Shown piece by piece: positions 15,782 to 16,768 of a stretch of DNA of 16,768 nt (positions within the stretch are counted from its first letter, which is position 1; each line of letters begins with the position of its first letter). Source of the stretch: Oligoflexus sp. (GTDB taxonomy: Bacteria > Bdellovibrionota_B > Oligoflexia > Oligoflexales > Oligoflexaceae); NCBI GenBank assembly GCA_041736305.1, contig JBGSTX010000092.1, forward strand, positions 1 to 16,768, read 5' to 3'. Position numbers and translations under genes: made by a program. The notes under the pieces are model-generated. The model was given only the letters and a program-made list of their open reading frames with translations, made no database searches and was not told the DNA's origin.

Positions 15782-16768
15782 ATGAAGAATTGGAGTATTT
15801 CAATTATCACAAGCTCTGCCTTGTGTTTAGGACTAGTACAGTCTGCATGGTCTCAAGGTAAGGAAATTTTAAGTTCAGAAGGGCAAGAGAAGACTCCTCA
15901 AGCCGTTGAACTGGAAGGCCGTACGAGTTCTACTGAAGCATCGGGAACCGATAATGAAGAGGTGAGAAGGCCAAGCCGCCCCGATCGTCCAAACCGTCCG
16001 GATCGACCGGATCGCCCGGATCGCCCAGACCGTCCTGATCGCCCTGATCGTCCGCAACCAAAGCCCCCAAAACCTGATCGTCCGGATCGTCCCGATCGTC
16101 CGGATCGTCCGCAACCAAAGCCCCCAAAACCTGATCGTCCAGATCGTCCAGATCGTCCTGATCGTCCGCAACCAGAGCCCCCAAAACCTGATCGTCCGGA
16201 TCGTCCAGATCGTCCGGATCGTCCGCAACCAGAGCCCCCAAAACCAGATCGTCCCGATCGTCCAGATCGTCCGGATCGTCCGCAACCAGAGCCCCCAAAA
16301 CCAGATCGTCCCGATCGTCCAGATCGCCCAGATCGTCCGCAACCAGAGCCCCCAAAACCTGATCGTCCGGATCGTCCAGATCGCCCGGATCGTCCGCAAC
16401 CAGAGCCCCCAAAACCTGATCGCCCAGATCGTCCGGATCGTCCTGATCGCCCAGATCGTCCGGATCGCCCAGATCGTCCGGATCGTCCAGATCGTCCAAT
16501 TCGCCCAATTAGATTTCCTATCCCCATCCCCAAGATAGAAATTGACTATGACGTCGATTACTACTGGAAGAGTGGGAGAATGTGGTGCCCGACTCGCTAT
16601 AATTGGGAGTACCCATGGCAGTGTCCGAACACACGTCCTTCGACTATTTACATCACCAAGGTGATATTCCTACATCCATACTACCGTGTTCCCATCAAGG
16701 TGAACCCCTCATGTCAGATTCCGAGCAATCTTCCTGATGGCCAGTATGTAGTGGAGAACTGTGAGATC
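15782..16768 (+). CDS. Secreted proline-rich (DRP)n repeat protein, 3'-truncated by the window edge
   Basis: AGGAG RBS, ATG 15782, open for 329 codons to the edge. MKNWSISIITSSALCLGLVQSAWS (signal peptide), acidic linker, DRP repeats, then IRPIRFPIPIPKIEIDYDVDYYWKSGRMWCPTRYNWEYPWQCP...CQIP...NCEI. Not in the ORF track because there is no stop. Confidence 0.9.
   Translation, partial: MKNWSISIITSSALCLGLVQSAWSQGKEILSSEGQEKTPQAVELEGRTSSTEASGTDNEEVRRPSRPDRPNRPDRPDRPDRPDRPDRPDRPQPKPPKPDRPDRPDRPDRPQPKPPKPDRPDRPDRPDRPQPEPPKPDRPDRPDRPDRPQPEPPKPDRPDRPDRPDRPQPEPPKPDRPDRPDRPDRPQPEPPKPDRPDRPDRPDRPQPEPPKPDRPDRPDRPDRPDRPDRPDRPDRPDRPIRPIRFPIPIPKIEIDYDVDYYWKSGRMWCPTRYNWEYPWQCPNTRPSTIYITKVIFLHPYYRVPIKVNPSCQIPSNLPDGQYVVENCEI
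15965..16507 (+). repeat. Nested coding tandem repeat: 9-bp GATCGNCCN (DRP) inside a 57-bp unit
   Basis: QP(K/E)PPKP linkers begin at 16055, 16112, 16169, 16226, 16283, 16340 and 16397 (exact 57-bp period), each separated by 4 DRP. Longer DRP runs flank the array; about 40 DRP in total. Confidence 0.97.

Noticed and set aside
16055-16420. CRISPR array suggested by the 57-bp periodicity
   Set aside because: No unique spacers, the period is a multiple of 3 inside an ORF, and no cas genes are present.
15875-16533. Three minus-strand repeat ORFs (GRS-, DDP- and IRT/IWT-rich)
   Set aside because: Stop-free shadows of the DRP repeat. The plus frame has the RBS, signal peptide, wobble-position variation and a unique C-terminal domain.

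Overview
A core-genome window with no mobile elements. Gene content suggests a Bdellovibrionota/Oligoflexia- or deltaproteobacteria-like diderm (inference). A 5' fragment of pyruvate kinase (minus strand, absent from the ORF track) is divergent from a ~1800-aa Ser/Thr kinase-AAA-GAF protein whose C-terminus looks like a catalytically dead SpoIIE/PP2C domain. A co-oriented envelope cluster follows: orphan tatA, two translationally coupled ArsA/Get3-like ATPases with complementary broken active sites, a minimal mlaE-mlaF-mlaD whose MlaD carries a long helical stalk and a C-terminal beta-barrel, and an unknown single-pass membrane protein. After a terminator comes an unannotated ~150-nt rod-like structured RNA candidate (6S-like, probably minus strand). 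The window ends with a Prc/Tsp protease and a secreted protein with a nested (DRP)n / 19-aa proline repeat that runs off the edge (also absent from the ORF track).
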